Assembly: GCA_038496445.1 (NCBI GenBank)
Contig: JALMLS010000344.1
Coordinates: forward strand, 1-64,000
Direction: 5' to 3'
DNA from: Trichosphaerium sp. ATCC 40318
Taxonomy: Eukaryota; Protista; Tubulinea
Length of the DNA stretch: 64,000 bases
Shown here: piece by piece, positions 37,572 through 48,985 of the stretch
How the letters are laid out: each line of letters starts with the position of its first letter
Numbering within the stretch: position 1 is the first letter of the stretch
Notes under the pieces: generated by a model
Told to the model about the DNA's origin: nothing
The model's input: the letters and a program-made list of their open reading frames with translations, nothing else
Database searches by the model: none
Program-made: the position numbers and the translations under genes

Positions 37572-37740
37572 AATCAAAGTACTGTTTTCACGGTGTGCGC
37601 ACACCATCAAAATTTACAACGAAAAACATGTTTTTTAACAATCAAAAGTGCTATGTTTTCACGGTGTGCACACCTTCCAAAACATAAACATAAACTGAAA
37701 TATAGCGCCTTTTTTTTAGTCATGCGCTGTTGTGCACATT
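37572..37740. repeat. Degenerate ~70-bp-period direct repeats with palindromic cores
   Basis: AATCAAA..TGTTTTCACGGTGTG(CG)CACACC starting at 37572 and 37640. Perfect palindromes GGTGTGCGCACACC (37592-37605) and GGTGTGCACACC (37663-37674); remnant TGTGCACA at 37731-37738. Confidence 0.75.
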
Positions 37741-38107
37741 CTCAATACCTCATTTTTGTCACCTTTTGGCGAATAAAAGCAGTTAATGTTCTCCAATTGA
37801 ATCATCATTAGTTTTTTTCTCAAGAGGCACATGTTAAACAGTTCAATTCATGAACAGCTGCCACCCTCAATGTTAAATTGATCCTTATCAAAAGAACCAA
37901 ACACATAACTATTCCACGTGATCGCTACAAACATAGGCGTTCTTGACATAAATTCATTGCCAAGTAATTCGGCAAGAAACGCTTTAATTAAAGCTGCTCA
38001 GCTCTAAACGACTATGACTATTCTATAAAACAACCTCAGTTTATTTCACATTTCAAAAGACGCCAAATCTTCAGTTTTAGTATGACTGGCCATAGACATT
38101 TTGTGTA

Positions 38108-38794
38108 TTATCTATACTTCTTCCGCTTGTCAGCGGCTGTTTTGTCAAAGTGACAGCTTCTGCAAAGAAATTGAATGTTGTTGCCGAAAAGATCTTCCTG
38201 ATAGTCTTTCATGTGTGGAGAAAGCCACGTCAGTATCTTCTTCAGTCCTGGAGGTGCGGTTTCTTTTTTTCTTAGACAGTAGTATTTAAAAGCCCCTTTT
38301 TGGCCAAGAGTTGCCTTGTAGGTTCCTATAGTTTTAGTATTTGGGTCACGCTTCAGTAATTCTCTAGGTAGGTGAGTTAGGAAAAACAAAGTTGGACTAC
38401 AAGGTCAAGTACCTGAGTCTATCTCCGATTTCCTGATAAATTATTGTTTGAGGCTTCTTATGATCAAACTCGAGTTCCCTAAAGGAACCAAACACAGTAC
38501 CGCACGTGGCGCAAACGGGATTTTCGTTTACACGGTCAGCCATCTCTTTCGCGAAATCACAGTGTTCAGCCTTGTAGTGTATGTGATAGCATGCTTTCTT
38601 GTAGTTATTGAAGCGGGATGCGACTTGTGCTCTCTTTACGTCCAAACGTTTTGGCAACGAGTCGTTTTTAAGTTCCTGTGAGGAGTTACTGTTTAGCGAA
38701 CACGCCGTTTAAATACGTACTTGTAAAAGTTTGAGGCGCTCATCTGATGTAAGGTATCTAAATAGTCTTTAAATTGATCGACAACATGACCCAT
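38108..38794 (-). CDS. Zn-binding HNH endonuclease-family protein (5' structure unresolved)
   Basis: CATCG..ELEFDHKKP followed, after a ~70-aa insert and an in-frame GTACTT..CTAAC..TAG intron, by NNIQFLCRSCHFDKT. This is the CxxC..DH..N..CxxCH..KT HNH signature. Confidence 0.78.
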
Positions 38795-39150
38795 TGTGTC
38801 TACAGACACAGTTTGTATGTATTTTAAACACTAGTTTTTTCTTACACGTCATAGTAAAATCACATTTCTGACATACTACCACTTTCCTTTTTTTGACTGA
38901 TGTCGGGTTCTTGACCCGAGCGAAGTGACAGACATGCGAAAGAGACCACTGCGCTCTAATTGTTTGTACTTGCTGTCCCACTCCCGGATCTTTTCGGCAG
39001 ATGCGAACAAACCCGAACAATTACCGGCGGAAGACCTGTTGGGAAAGTAATAAAAAACGCTTACAGGTTGTAGCTGGAGAGCATTTTATTTCGTCACGTG
39101 ATACATTACACATGACGTGACATTACAACGGTTCGTCGTTCGCAGTTTTG

Positions 39151-39400
39151 AAGTGGTACTACCTCAATGCAGCAGAGCACTCTAATCCTAAGCTTAAACC
39201 GCTTGCCTCATCTTGGCAGCAAGCACTAAAAATAAAGTACGTGTCCTCTATCACAAAGAGAGATGACCTTGGTTTTGGATAAAAAAGATTCTTCGAATTT
39301 TTATGTTTGTTGCGTGGTGACAGCTGCCAAGATGAGGCAAGCGGTTTTCTGTTGTATGATTAGGGATACTCCGCTGCATTGGTGTAGTTGTAGTACTTTT
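39151..39400. repeat. Long inverted repeat (~70-bp arms, perfect 25-bp core)
   Basis: AAACCGCTTGCCTCATCTTGGCAGC (39196-39220) is the exact reverse complement of 39323-39347. Imperfect pairing extends outward (CAATGCAGC/GCTGCATTG, CTAATC/GATTAG). Confidence 0.93.
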
Positions 39401-39738
39401 ACATATTTTTTTTGTTGATTTTAAAACCTTACAATATGCTGTTTCTATTTGTAATATTAGAATGCCAAACGTAATGGATGGACCACGAACTACTTCTGAA
39501 CGAACTCGAACAATACTATTTACGAATTATTTTCAGAAAAGTACTGCAAAGACGCTACACTCCCAAAAGGTTATTAACTTGTAAATGGTGACTTGTAAGC
39601 TGTAGCTACAACCAACTTGAATAAAATACTTTTTGTGTAGAATTTTTATTGTTTATATTAAAGTACAAGTGAAGTGAGTAAGGGTGATTGTAGAATCACT
39701 TTTGTGAGTAGCTTTTAAAAGCGTATTATTATGGTTTC

Positions 39739-42700
39739 TTAGTCTGTGATATTCATTTTTCTTGATGGAGCGTTGGTTCGACTCATAGGTCGTATTGGGC
39801 TCTCTACTGTGTCCATGTTACGTATAGGCTTTTCTTTACCATCGAAGCCCTCTTTAGGCCCTTGGCTACCTCCTCGAGGACCAGGGGTAACACTCTCCAC
39901 TAAGCTAGCAGGGATTGTACGAAGAGTTGGCAAAGTACCTTCAAACTTTGGCTCCTTTGGATCTTCGTTAACATAAACCTTTTTCGTTGCTCTTATTGGT
40001 ACTGTTGAAGCTGCTCTACGAGGTTTCTGCATGGCTAAACAACGACATTAATTTAATAAACAAAGAGAGACAGAAGAGCAAAGAATTGAGCTTAAAACAA
40101 AAAACAAAACCCAGAATAAGTGTTGTTTACCTTTTTGTTTTGCGCTTTTTTGACGTTGAGGATTTTGAGATTGTTTAACTGGTGTAGCACTTGATGGAAG
40201 TGAAAGAAGGTTTGGATCAATAGAAACTAAACATAGGGTAAGAGCCAAAGTACTTTGGAACAACAGAATAAAAAAAAGAAAAAAAAGTTCAGAGTAGCGG
40301 CTGCTTCTCTAGTGTCCAACTTTCAGATGCTTGTCGTGATGCAAGCACCCGCTAGTGTCAAATGATTTCGAGAAAAATAAATAAAAGACGTACTACTTTG
40401 ATTAGGTGGTAAGAAATTATTCAATCGTCCTACAATATGTGCATTATACTCTACCAAAGCTTTGAATTTTTTTCTCATTTCTCGATTTTCATCTTGCCTA
40501 AAAAAGGTCACGTGAGAATCAAGGTTTGTTTGGGTATCTATAGTATAGTATACTAGTAATACGTACAACTCATCTACATCAGTATCATAGATATAGTCAG
40601 GTCCATATGACAACTCTTTGATAACTGTATCAAGACGATTTCGTGTTTCTTCTGTAAGAATCCTTTTGTTTGCACTTTGCTTTTGATCTTTAAGCTTCTG
40701 TACATATGCCTTATACTGTTTAAGATGCTCTTGTTGCTTCTTTACATAAACATCAAACTGTTGCAACTTATCACGCTGTGTATGAATAAAAGCATTAAGT
40801 TGTGTGCACTTTTCGGTGACTTTTACAGTTTGATCTCTCAAAGCGCTGTTTTCTATGTTTAATGCTTGTATGTCTTGCTCTGCGCGTTGATGACGAACAG
40901 CAAGGTCGTATTTGATATTTTCAAGTTCATCAATACGTTCTAGCAACTGAATATTCTGATTTCTTAGAGCTTGCATATCTCCTGTCAATATCTTGTTTTT
41001 TGTTTCTAACTCGGCGTTTTGTCTGGCTAGGTTCTGCTTTTCATTTGGAGGTGATTCATTCAACTGCTCATCTAACATACGAACAACTGTCTCACCGAAA
41101 GCTTTACGCTCGGACAACGGCGTAATATTACCATTACGGTTCTAGAGAAACAAGTTAATTCACTTCCCAGTAACAAAGAGAAAAGTTCGAAGGATAAGCT
41201 TACGCTACTGCCTTGGTACCCAGCGTCAAATTTAAGTGTTCGTGATTGCTACAGTATGCACGTTAGTATATATTTGGCATTCATAAGTACAAAAATAAAA
41301 GAAGATTCACGTGTTTGTACTCACCTTTACTTTTTTCTCTGATTCTATCTCTATGTGTAAGTCTGATGCTGAACCTGATCTTGCAGGTAGATTGCCAAAA
41401 GTCTTTGTTTGTCTTATCTTCATAGTAGCAGCGCCTCTATTAGGTTCAATACCAGCTTTACTACCAAAAGCGGCTGGAGGACTCTTTGATCGTGCAGGCA
41501 ACGTGGCTGTAAGGTCACCTGCAAAAGGGGAAGCAGACGTTGAAGATGCTGAGCGTGGTAACGGAACCTTAGGGCCTATAACAGGTTAGAACCAACAACC
41601 GTATAATAGAATAATTAGTACGTGGTCTACGATTTGCACCTCCAGTTGCGGCAGCTAAATTTTTGAGTTAACAACGATACAAATTAATCAAAAAACTATA
41701 GTACAAGGTGATCCACTGCGAGCTAGACTTGATACAAATGTTGGAGAAGTAACCCGTTTAGGTAATTCTGGAGGTGGTGATGTACTAGGAGGTCTTGTAT
41801 CGCGAACAGGCATAGTACTAGCCCTTGTCATATCCTTAATAGACCATCAATAAAGAAAAAAAAATTCTGTCTAAAAATATACCATTGTTAGTGGCATGCG
41901 GATTACGCTTGAACTAGGAGCTGTAATTCTATGTGGAACTTGAATATTATTATTCCCAGCATTAGCTAGGAACGATTGTGATCTCCCAGTACGAGGTGAG
42001 GTAGCTTGAGCCTGCTGTCGGCCTATCTTGCCTGAAAAGAAATGTTTGTTTTGGTAATGCTTAGTAAGTAAACTGATTACCTTGAATAAACTGGCAGATT
42101 TTCTCGTTGTTCACAGATTGTGCAACGGCCATACAAGTACCAGAGTCGCCAGGATGCATCAATAAAGCTATACGGTTTTTCTTACCAGCTATATTCTTAC
42201 AGAGTAGTTTAAACACCTCTAATCTGTCTAATGGAGACCTAGCACAAAAATGCAGCGGTGTTTCACCACGACTAGAGTTTCCAAATAAGTCACAGTATCA
42301 GCAAGCACGACTTACCGTGTCTTTTTATCGATGATTGCACCGTTCTTTAATAATGTGTTTACAATAGACTTTGAAGATCTGAATGCAGCACGGTGGAGTG
42401 GAGACTCAGCTTTTTTATTACACCTATTGACATCCACACCTTTTAAATAAAGTGAGTACAAAACAAAAAAGTAAAAACGTGCTAACCTTTATCAAGTAGA
42501 GTAACTAGTAGTTTTTCTATACGTGCGGCATCCTTACTATCCTTTGGTCGATACTGTATGAGGTAATGCAGTATAGAGTTTTCTTTCTCTTTTGACACTA
42601 CATGAGGACTAACTTTAGGATGACGCAACAATAGATGTGCTGCATCAATCTGACCTGTGTAAAAAAGAAGTTAAGTCACTTTCAAAAAGGAGAAACAAAT

Positions 42701-43815
42701 GTACCTAAAGTACAACAATACGCTACAGCAGATAAACCATCATGAGCAGCACGTTGATTTATAAGTTCTGGTTCCAATACGCTTAGGAAGAACTCTAACT
42801 GATGCATGTAACCTAAAGAGGACATTAAATAAAAAATCTCTTTTTTGTTTTTTGCTGTAGCATCAATTACCTTTCTTGGCTGCATTCAGCCAGACATCAA
42901 CAAGTTTAGACTCTTTTATTAGTTTATTATCCATAAGAAATTGTAACATATCATTTGTTGGGTGTGAAGTAGTAGGACAACTATGCTTTTTAAGCAATAA
43001 CGTTGCCATATCAACTTTGTCCAATAAAGTGCAAAGTACATAACAATTATCGTTAACACTAGACATAAATCAGTACGTTAAATAAATAATACGTAACACA
43101 ACTCGTAATAAAGTGTAAACAAGAGATAACACAAAAAAAAAATTCATTCAAAAATTTTGTACTCGTTTTCTAGTAGTGGGTTGCATCCAGATTCAAGGAG
43201 AAGCTCTACCATGCGCATATTATCGCTCATTAGAGCCCTATGCAATGGGGTCTCAAAACGGACATCTTGGACGTTTACATCCACACCTAGTTTGCTTAGC
43301 TTAAAAGGTATTGGTAACTCTTTGCATCTACCTCTCTCTTTTAGTAATTTGACGCAGCTCATTAGAGTTTGTTCGTGCTCGTTTGGTTTGTTGAAATTTG
43401 GAAGCGCTGCAAGCGAGTGAAATACGTTACGCCCTTTTGTAGATAGTCAGAGCAATTGCAGAGCGGAACTTACCTTTTTTGTCTATTACTGTCACATCAA
43501 CGTCGTGTTTGGACGACAAGAAAAGTAGCAAGCTCAAATGACCTTTTATGGTTAAGCAATAAATGCAATGCTCCTAGCGTACCATGCTGCCCTGCTAGAA
43601 GTAGTGGAGTCTTTCCGGTGTCGTTTCTCACGTTAATATCACTCCCCTTTGCACGGTGAACAATTTTCAAAAACAAAATTATGTACCTGCGTCCAAACCT
43701 CGCTAACGCCACTAATACTGCCGACGCATGCAGCTTCTAGTAGCTTCTAAATTCATAATTATAACTAAGGCTTTAACGATAGGCTTACATTTTGAATTAC
43801 AGAGCGCTGATTCAT
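39739..43815 (-). CDS. Ankyrin-repeat protein with Pro/Ser-rich linker and C-terminal coiled coil
   Basis: GKTPLLLAGQHG, FETPLHRALMSDN, AESPLHRAAF and GETPLHFCARS. Long coiled-coil exon at 40323-41117. Probable start MNQRSVIQN at 43815. Confidence 0.82.
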
Positions 43816-44412
43816 AGGCTGTCAGTCATTAAACTCTTATTTGTTTGATTTTCTGTTGTGCGTTAGCACCTCTTTTTATAGTACAATCGGTATTAATGTA
43901 GCGAGTTTGATGCACTACATACACAGATGAAAAAGTTAATTTGTTGCCCAATTAAGCTAACGCCTATACTTAATCAATCCATTCATTGCGAGTAGTGGCG
44001 AATACACGGCGTGTAGTGTGTGGCGCCAACTAACTAGGCTTGTAAGTTTGATTATAATGGCGTTTGGCAATAACTAATTTCATCAACAAAAAACACTACA
44101 ACTCAGTACGTAAAAACTACCGCGTCTTTATGCGCAAACGGTTAAAAAAAACCTAAGTTTAACTCTATTTACAATTTTTTTTGAATGGTGTGCTTTGAAA
44201 ATACACGCACATTAACCCACGGACTTGAACTGTTATTGTAATCAATCTCCTGAATTACTTGGTTGCAATTCGTCCGCTGGTGAAGATCTGTGTTGAATCT
44301 TCTTGTACATACAACCAATCCACGGATTTCATTGTATTCGAGCAAAATTGAAATTTCAGGTTTATTTGAAAGCGTAGAGGAGCTAACTTGCTTTTGTAGA
44401 GCACTTTTAAAC

Positions 44413-46780
44413 ATGGGCAACCGAAATTCATCTCGTAATGCCACTAGCACGCGAGACGCGTCGATGAGAGCAGCAGTGGAGGTAAACGCAACCACGCCTA
44501 GTTTGTCTCAGTTTTTTTTTTTTTCGGCCGGGTTATTAAACACATTCGGTGCACTATGATTACCATAGCGGTATACACCAGGAAGTGGAATTCGCTGCTT
44601 TTATGTATTTGTAAATTTTTTGGTTTATTTTTTTTTTCGGTTTTCTTTTTATCCTTGGCACTAAATGGTACTAGGCTTCATTGTCTGATGCACCATTACC
44701 AATGGGCTGGGAAGAAGCTGTGTCACCAAAAGGTACACCAAAGCCAATCGTTTATTATCTCAACCGCCTGGGTGACCATATTTCACATGAGTTAACTTGT
44801 TTATAAGGGGTGACGTATTATATTGATCATGCATCGAAATCTACAACTTTTACAGACCCACGCCAACCACTAACTGGGTACAATTGACCTAACAGTAGAA
44901 TAAACGTTGCTGATTTAAAAGTAGGCGAAGTAGACGAAATAGACGAAACAAGAGGCGTGGGCGACCTCCAAAGTATGTTCTAACGTTCTACGCTAAAGTT
45001 CAGCATACTCGAGCTGTGTGTCACCAAATCATGCAAGATGACGTACTAACTCCGTAATTTTCATTGCAAAGCTAACTCCCTTTTATAGGGCACTCTACAA
45101 ATAAGCGTAAACCGTGCAAGCCTCTTTCAGGACTCCTTTGACTTCATACGGAACCTAGATGCGCTAACTTTAACTCGGTACAACATGGAAAAAAAAGTTT
45201 TTTTTTCTTTAAATAGTTGGCTAACCAACCGTCTGTAGGACCTTACGTATAAAATTTGAAGGTGAAAAAGGTCTTGATTATGGCGGAATGAGTCGTGAAT
45301 GGTTTTTAAAAATAAGCGAGGCTATAATTGATCCAAAGTTTGGATTGTTTAAAAAAGTTGGAAGATATGAATATCAGATTGACCCAAATTCGTGTATGTT
45401 TATATCAAGCATTACAAAAAAAAATTTCTCTTTTGTAATCTGTGTGTACTCACCGTTGGTTAGACAAGGTTGATGGGTCGTTAGAATTGTTCAACTTTAT
45501 TGGTACAATCATGGGAATGGCTTTATATCATGGACATTTGTTTCAGGGTTACTTCAGCCATTCTTTTTATAAAGGTAATTGTTTTTTTGGGGTTTTTTTT
45601 ACCAATTGCTGAGGTCTCTCCCTTACCTCATGTTTTTGTCGAAATAAACCGAGAGTCAACCAAAAAGGAAGAGTGATTTTGTTGAGTTATTCTTCCGGTT
45701 CTAAATGATTTTCTTAGCTTTCTTGGGAAAGAAATTAACAATGGATGATTTGGCACTTGTTGATGAAGCTTTGCATAAAAGCATGAGTTATATACTTGCA
45801 TGTGATGATATTGAGGATCTTGATCTTACGTTTGCATTGTCAGAAAAGTATAATGGCGAAGATGTTGAGTGTACGTACACGTGATCTTGAATTAAATCAG
45901 CATCGAATCAAAATTCTTTTCATTTTTTTTTTCGTAGTGCCACACGTGCTTATTACTATTAGTTGAGCTCAAGAAGGGTGGTGCAAAGATCGAAGTAACC
46001 AAAAAAAATAAAGATGAATTCGTCAGATTGGCTGTCAATCACTACGTGTTTGGTGCCGAACAACAAATGGCGATGATTCGCGAAGGCTTCATACGTTTTG
46101 TTCCTGACCACTTGCTTGAAAGTTTTAGTCCCGAGGTACATTTATTATTTGGTTATTTTTTTATATGCGCACAATCTCATCTCGTATTTAGGATTTAATT
46201 GAGGTGTTTGGAGGTAGAGCCGACATTGATCTTGCTGACTTAAAGTATGTTCTACTTAGACTTAAATTTTTTTTATTAATTATTTGTGTAGAGCGCATAC
46301 AATCTATGATGGTGGTTACGATACTGATTCAAGTGCAATAAAATGGTTTTGGGAGGTACTAGACGGGATGTCTCAGGACGAATTAAGAAAACTACTTCAA
46401 TTCACAACAGGTACACAAATAATTTCCCATACACATAGTCTTGCCAATGGAGTTATAAATAGTAACTAACTAACTATGTGTAATAGGTACAACAAAAGTA
46501 CCTGTTGGAGGATTCGAACATTTATATGGGTCTAATGGACCTCAGAAATTTACAATTTTACTCAAAGAACAACATGGTTTGCCATCAGCTCATTCATGGT
46601 ACGCTCACGCTTTTTTCTTTTTTTTTTTTGAGTTGTTTGTTGTGATCCTCGAATATCCCCGATTAACTCCGGTGTAGCTTTAACAGGTTGGAATTACCTG
46701 AGTATGCATCACTTGAAGAGGTTAAGGACAATTTATTGTTGGCTATATCTGAAGGTTCAGAAGGGTTCAGTTTGGAGTAG
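44413..46780 (+). CDS. NEDD4/Rsp5-like HECT E3 ubiquitin ligase with a single WW domain and an N-myristoylation motif
   Basis: Starts MGNRNSS. WW domain [13 protein letters not shown]|[18 protein letters not shown] motifs [31 protein letters not shown] and PSAHS|CFNRLELP. Confidence 0.93.
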
Positions 46781-47044
46781 TTTAGTGTTATAATAAAGCT
46801 GTACATTTGTAAATACTTGTATTGCACGTGCGGTTAACACAATTTATACAAGTGAAAACCAAACAAGGTATATGTGCGATAAGTTGCTCGTATTTAATAG
46901 TGATAAGGTGCGAGAACACTTTGTACATAGATACACATTTTATGATTACAATCTCTTCTCTAATAATCAAGACGTCTTAAGTACGTTCCTTTGATGAAAC
47001 TGATAGTAGTGTTGGTGGCTTTTGTTTGCTTTTCATAACAATAT

Positions 47045-48658
47045 CACCACAGGTTCTCTAATTCCTTTGCAAATTTTTTACCATAGCCACCTCCCCAATT
47101 ATTATCCTTGCCTCTACCAATATACTCACTTAAAAATCTATAAAAACTATCTAATTCTGTTTCTTCATCTTCAAATACACACGTGACAGGTGTAAACGAT
47201 ACTTTGTCAGAATCACCAGAAAAATATGCTGTAACTAGTTTTACACGTCAGAAAGGTCCATCACATGATGTCGTTTTGTGATAACGCACGTGGTTTCCAT
47301 ACAAACTCGTGGTAGATAGAATTTTCAATTGGAATAGGACAAATAGTGTATCCATATTTATAATAAAACGAAAGCTTTCCTTCCTAGATACTTCCCTGTC
47401 AGTTTTGTTTTGTTTCGTTTTCATTCTTTTCATTATTTTCATTGCAAACAATCATTACGTACAATGTTGTGTAGTAGTTCATCAGGATATACAATGACAC
47501 CCTTAAAATGACCAATATGATCCTTTAAATACTCTATTCGAGAATATTGACAAACTTTGTTTACCCCAGGCATAACAAGTGTTGAACCTACTTTATGTTA
47601 AAGTGCGAGAACAAAAAGTTAGCTTACTGGCTGCTCCAAACAAACTACTATCTCCTCTTGCTTCAAAATACAGTAGAAACTAATGATAGCAATGAGTATG
47701 ATAATATTTTAGTCTTACTGATGGATGTACAAGCTTTCAATTTGGTTTTCAAAAAAAAAAAACAGAACTGAAAAAAAAAAGGGTGAATATCTTCGTTTTC
47801 TACTCTCTCAAGTTCAAGTACTGACATGACATAGTTTACTATGTCTTATTTTAAATGTTATTCATGTATTTTAGCTTGTTAGAAAGAAAATGAATACGTT
47901 AGGGAGGTTTTTTCTCTTATTTTTGAAAAATAATTTTGTACTGAATTTTCTCTCTTCAAATGAGCTATCTTGTATAGCTTTGATACGAAGTAAGCACCTA
48001 ATCCACTACGAGGCCATAGAGAATCTTCATCAATATACTTAACAGGACATACCTACAGCACAAGATGAATAAAAAACACAATCTGTCAAAAGGAAAAAAA
48101 TAATTACGCACGTTGCTTCTATTTGCGTCTAGGAACATATGCTTGTACGATACGTAATCTGGTTCAAGTATTGCGTGCTTAGACCATATTTTAACGCAAT
48201 GAGCCTGGTAAGGTCAGCGTTAACGCAATTTTGGAAGATCATAGTGTAATTCCATTGTTGAGTGTCTCAATACACGGTATGGATAGATAACACATGCATT
48301 AAGCGATAATTGCTGTTTTGACGTACATTAAAAAGATCTCCACATATTTTATGCCAGCGTTTGCAAACCTAGAAGCGAAGGGTTAGGTTGTAGATGTGAA
48401 TTTGTACTTTTTTGTAGATTTTGGTGTTTTACAGCTACAAACATCGATTTTTAAAGCTCTGCCACATCGCGGGTGCGTACCAAGCCAAAATCACAGTACT
48501 CAAAGGGTGAAAACTAAGTTTAACGTTTTAGTATGTTGCCAGTGAGTTATAGAGGCTCTAACCATCCCAAAACACTCTTTCCATATCTCAGAAGGTAACC
48601 AAAGAACGGGTGGTGTTGACATCTCATCAACAGATTCAAATGGAGACCGTCTATTCAT
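47045..48658 (-). CDS. F-box protein with unrecognised C-terminal domain (3' end approximate)
   Basis: N-terminal LWLPSEIWKECF..VCKRWHKIC F-box pattern. Downstream GT-AG exons on the same strand. Confidence 0.6.
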
Positions 48659-48985
48659 GTAGGCTTTCAAAAAAAAAAGACAGAAAAAAAATAAAGCTTG
48701 ACCATTTTTTTGCTATTCAAATTATTCCATTCTTACTCAAAGAGTTGTAAAGTAAACGGCTATGATTGGCATCAAGTGTATGAGACTTCGCCGAATAAGC
48801 ACTCAATCACGTGTTTTTAGTGAATGAAGAGGAGAAAATAAATGCAAAAGTGAGTTGATTTTCTACTCTGGGTTTTTTTTATTACTGCAATAAAATACAT
48901 CACTCAAAAGTAATGTCATGGCGTAACTAAAAAAGGGGGGAGTGTTGCAAATGGCAAACAAGAGAGTGGTAAGACATGCATGTCC

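Noticed and set aside
37572-37740. CRISPR array
   Set aside because: Only two degenerate copies plus a remnant, no cas genes, and a eukaryotic context. Kept only as a repeat.
38108-39020. Fanzor/TnpB/IscB or retroelement endonuclease
   Set aside because: No RuvC motifs, PLMP domain, reverse transcriptase or transposase is visible nearby.
44169-44495. 108-aa minus-strand ORF
   Set aside because: It overlaps the HECT gene start, has no motif, and I could not splice it to the ankyrin gene.
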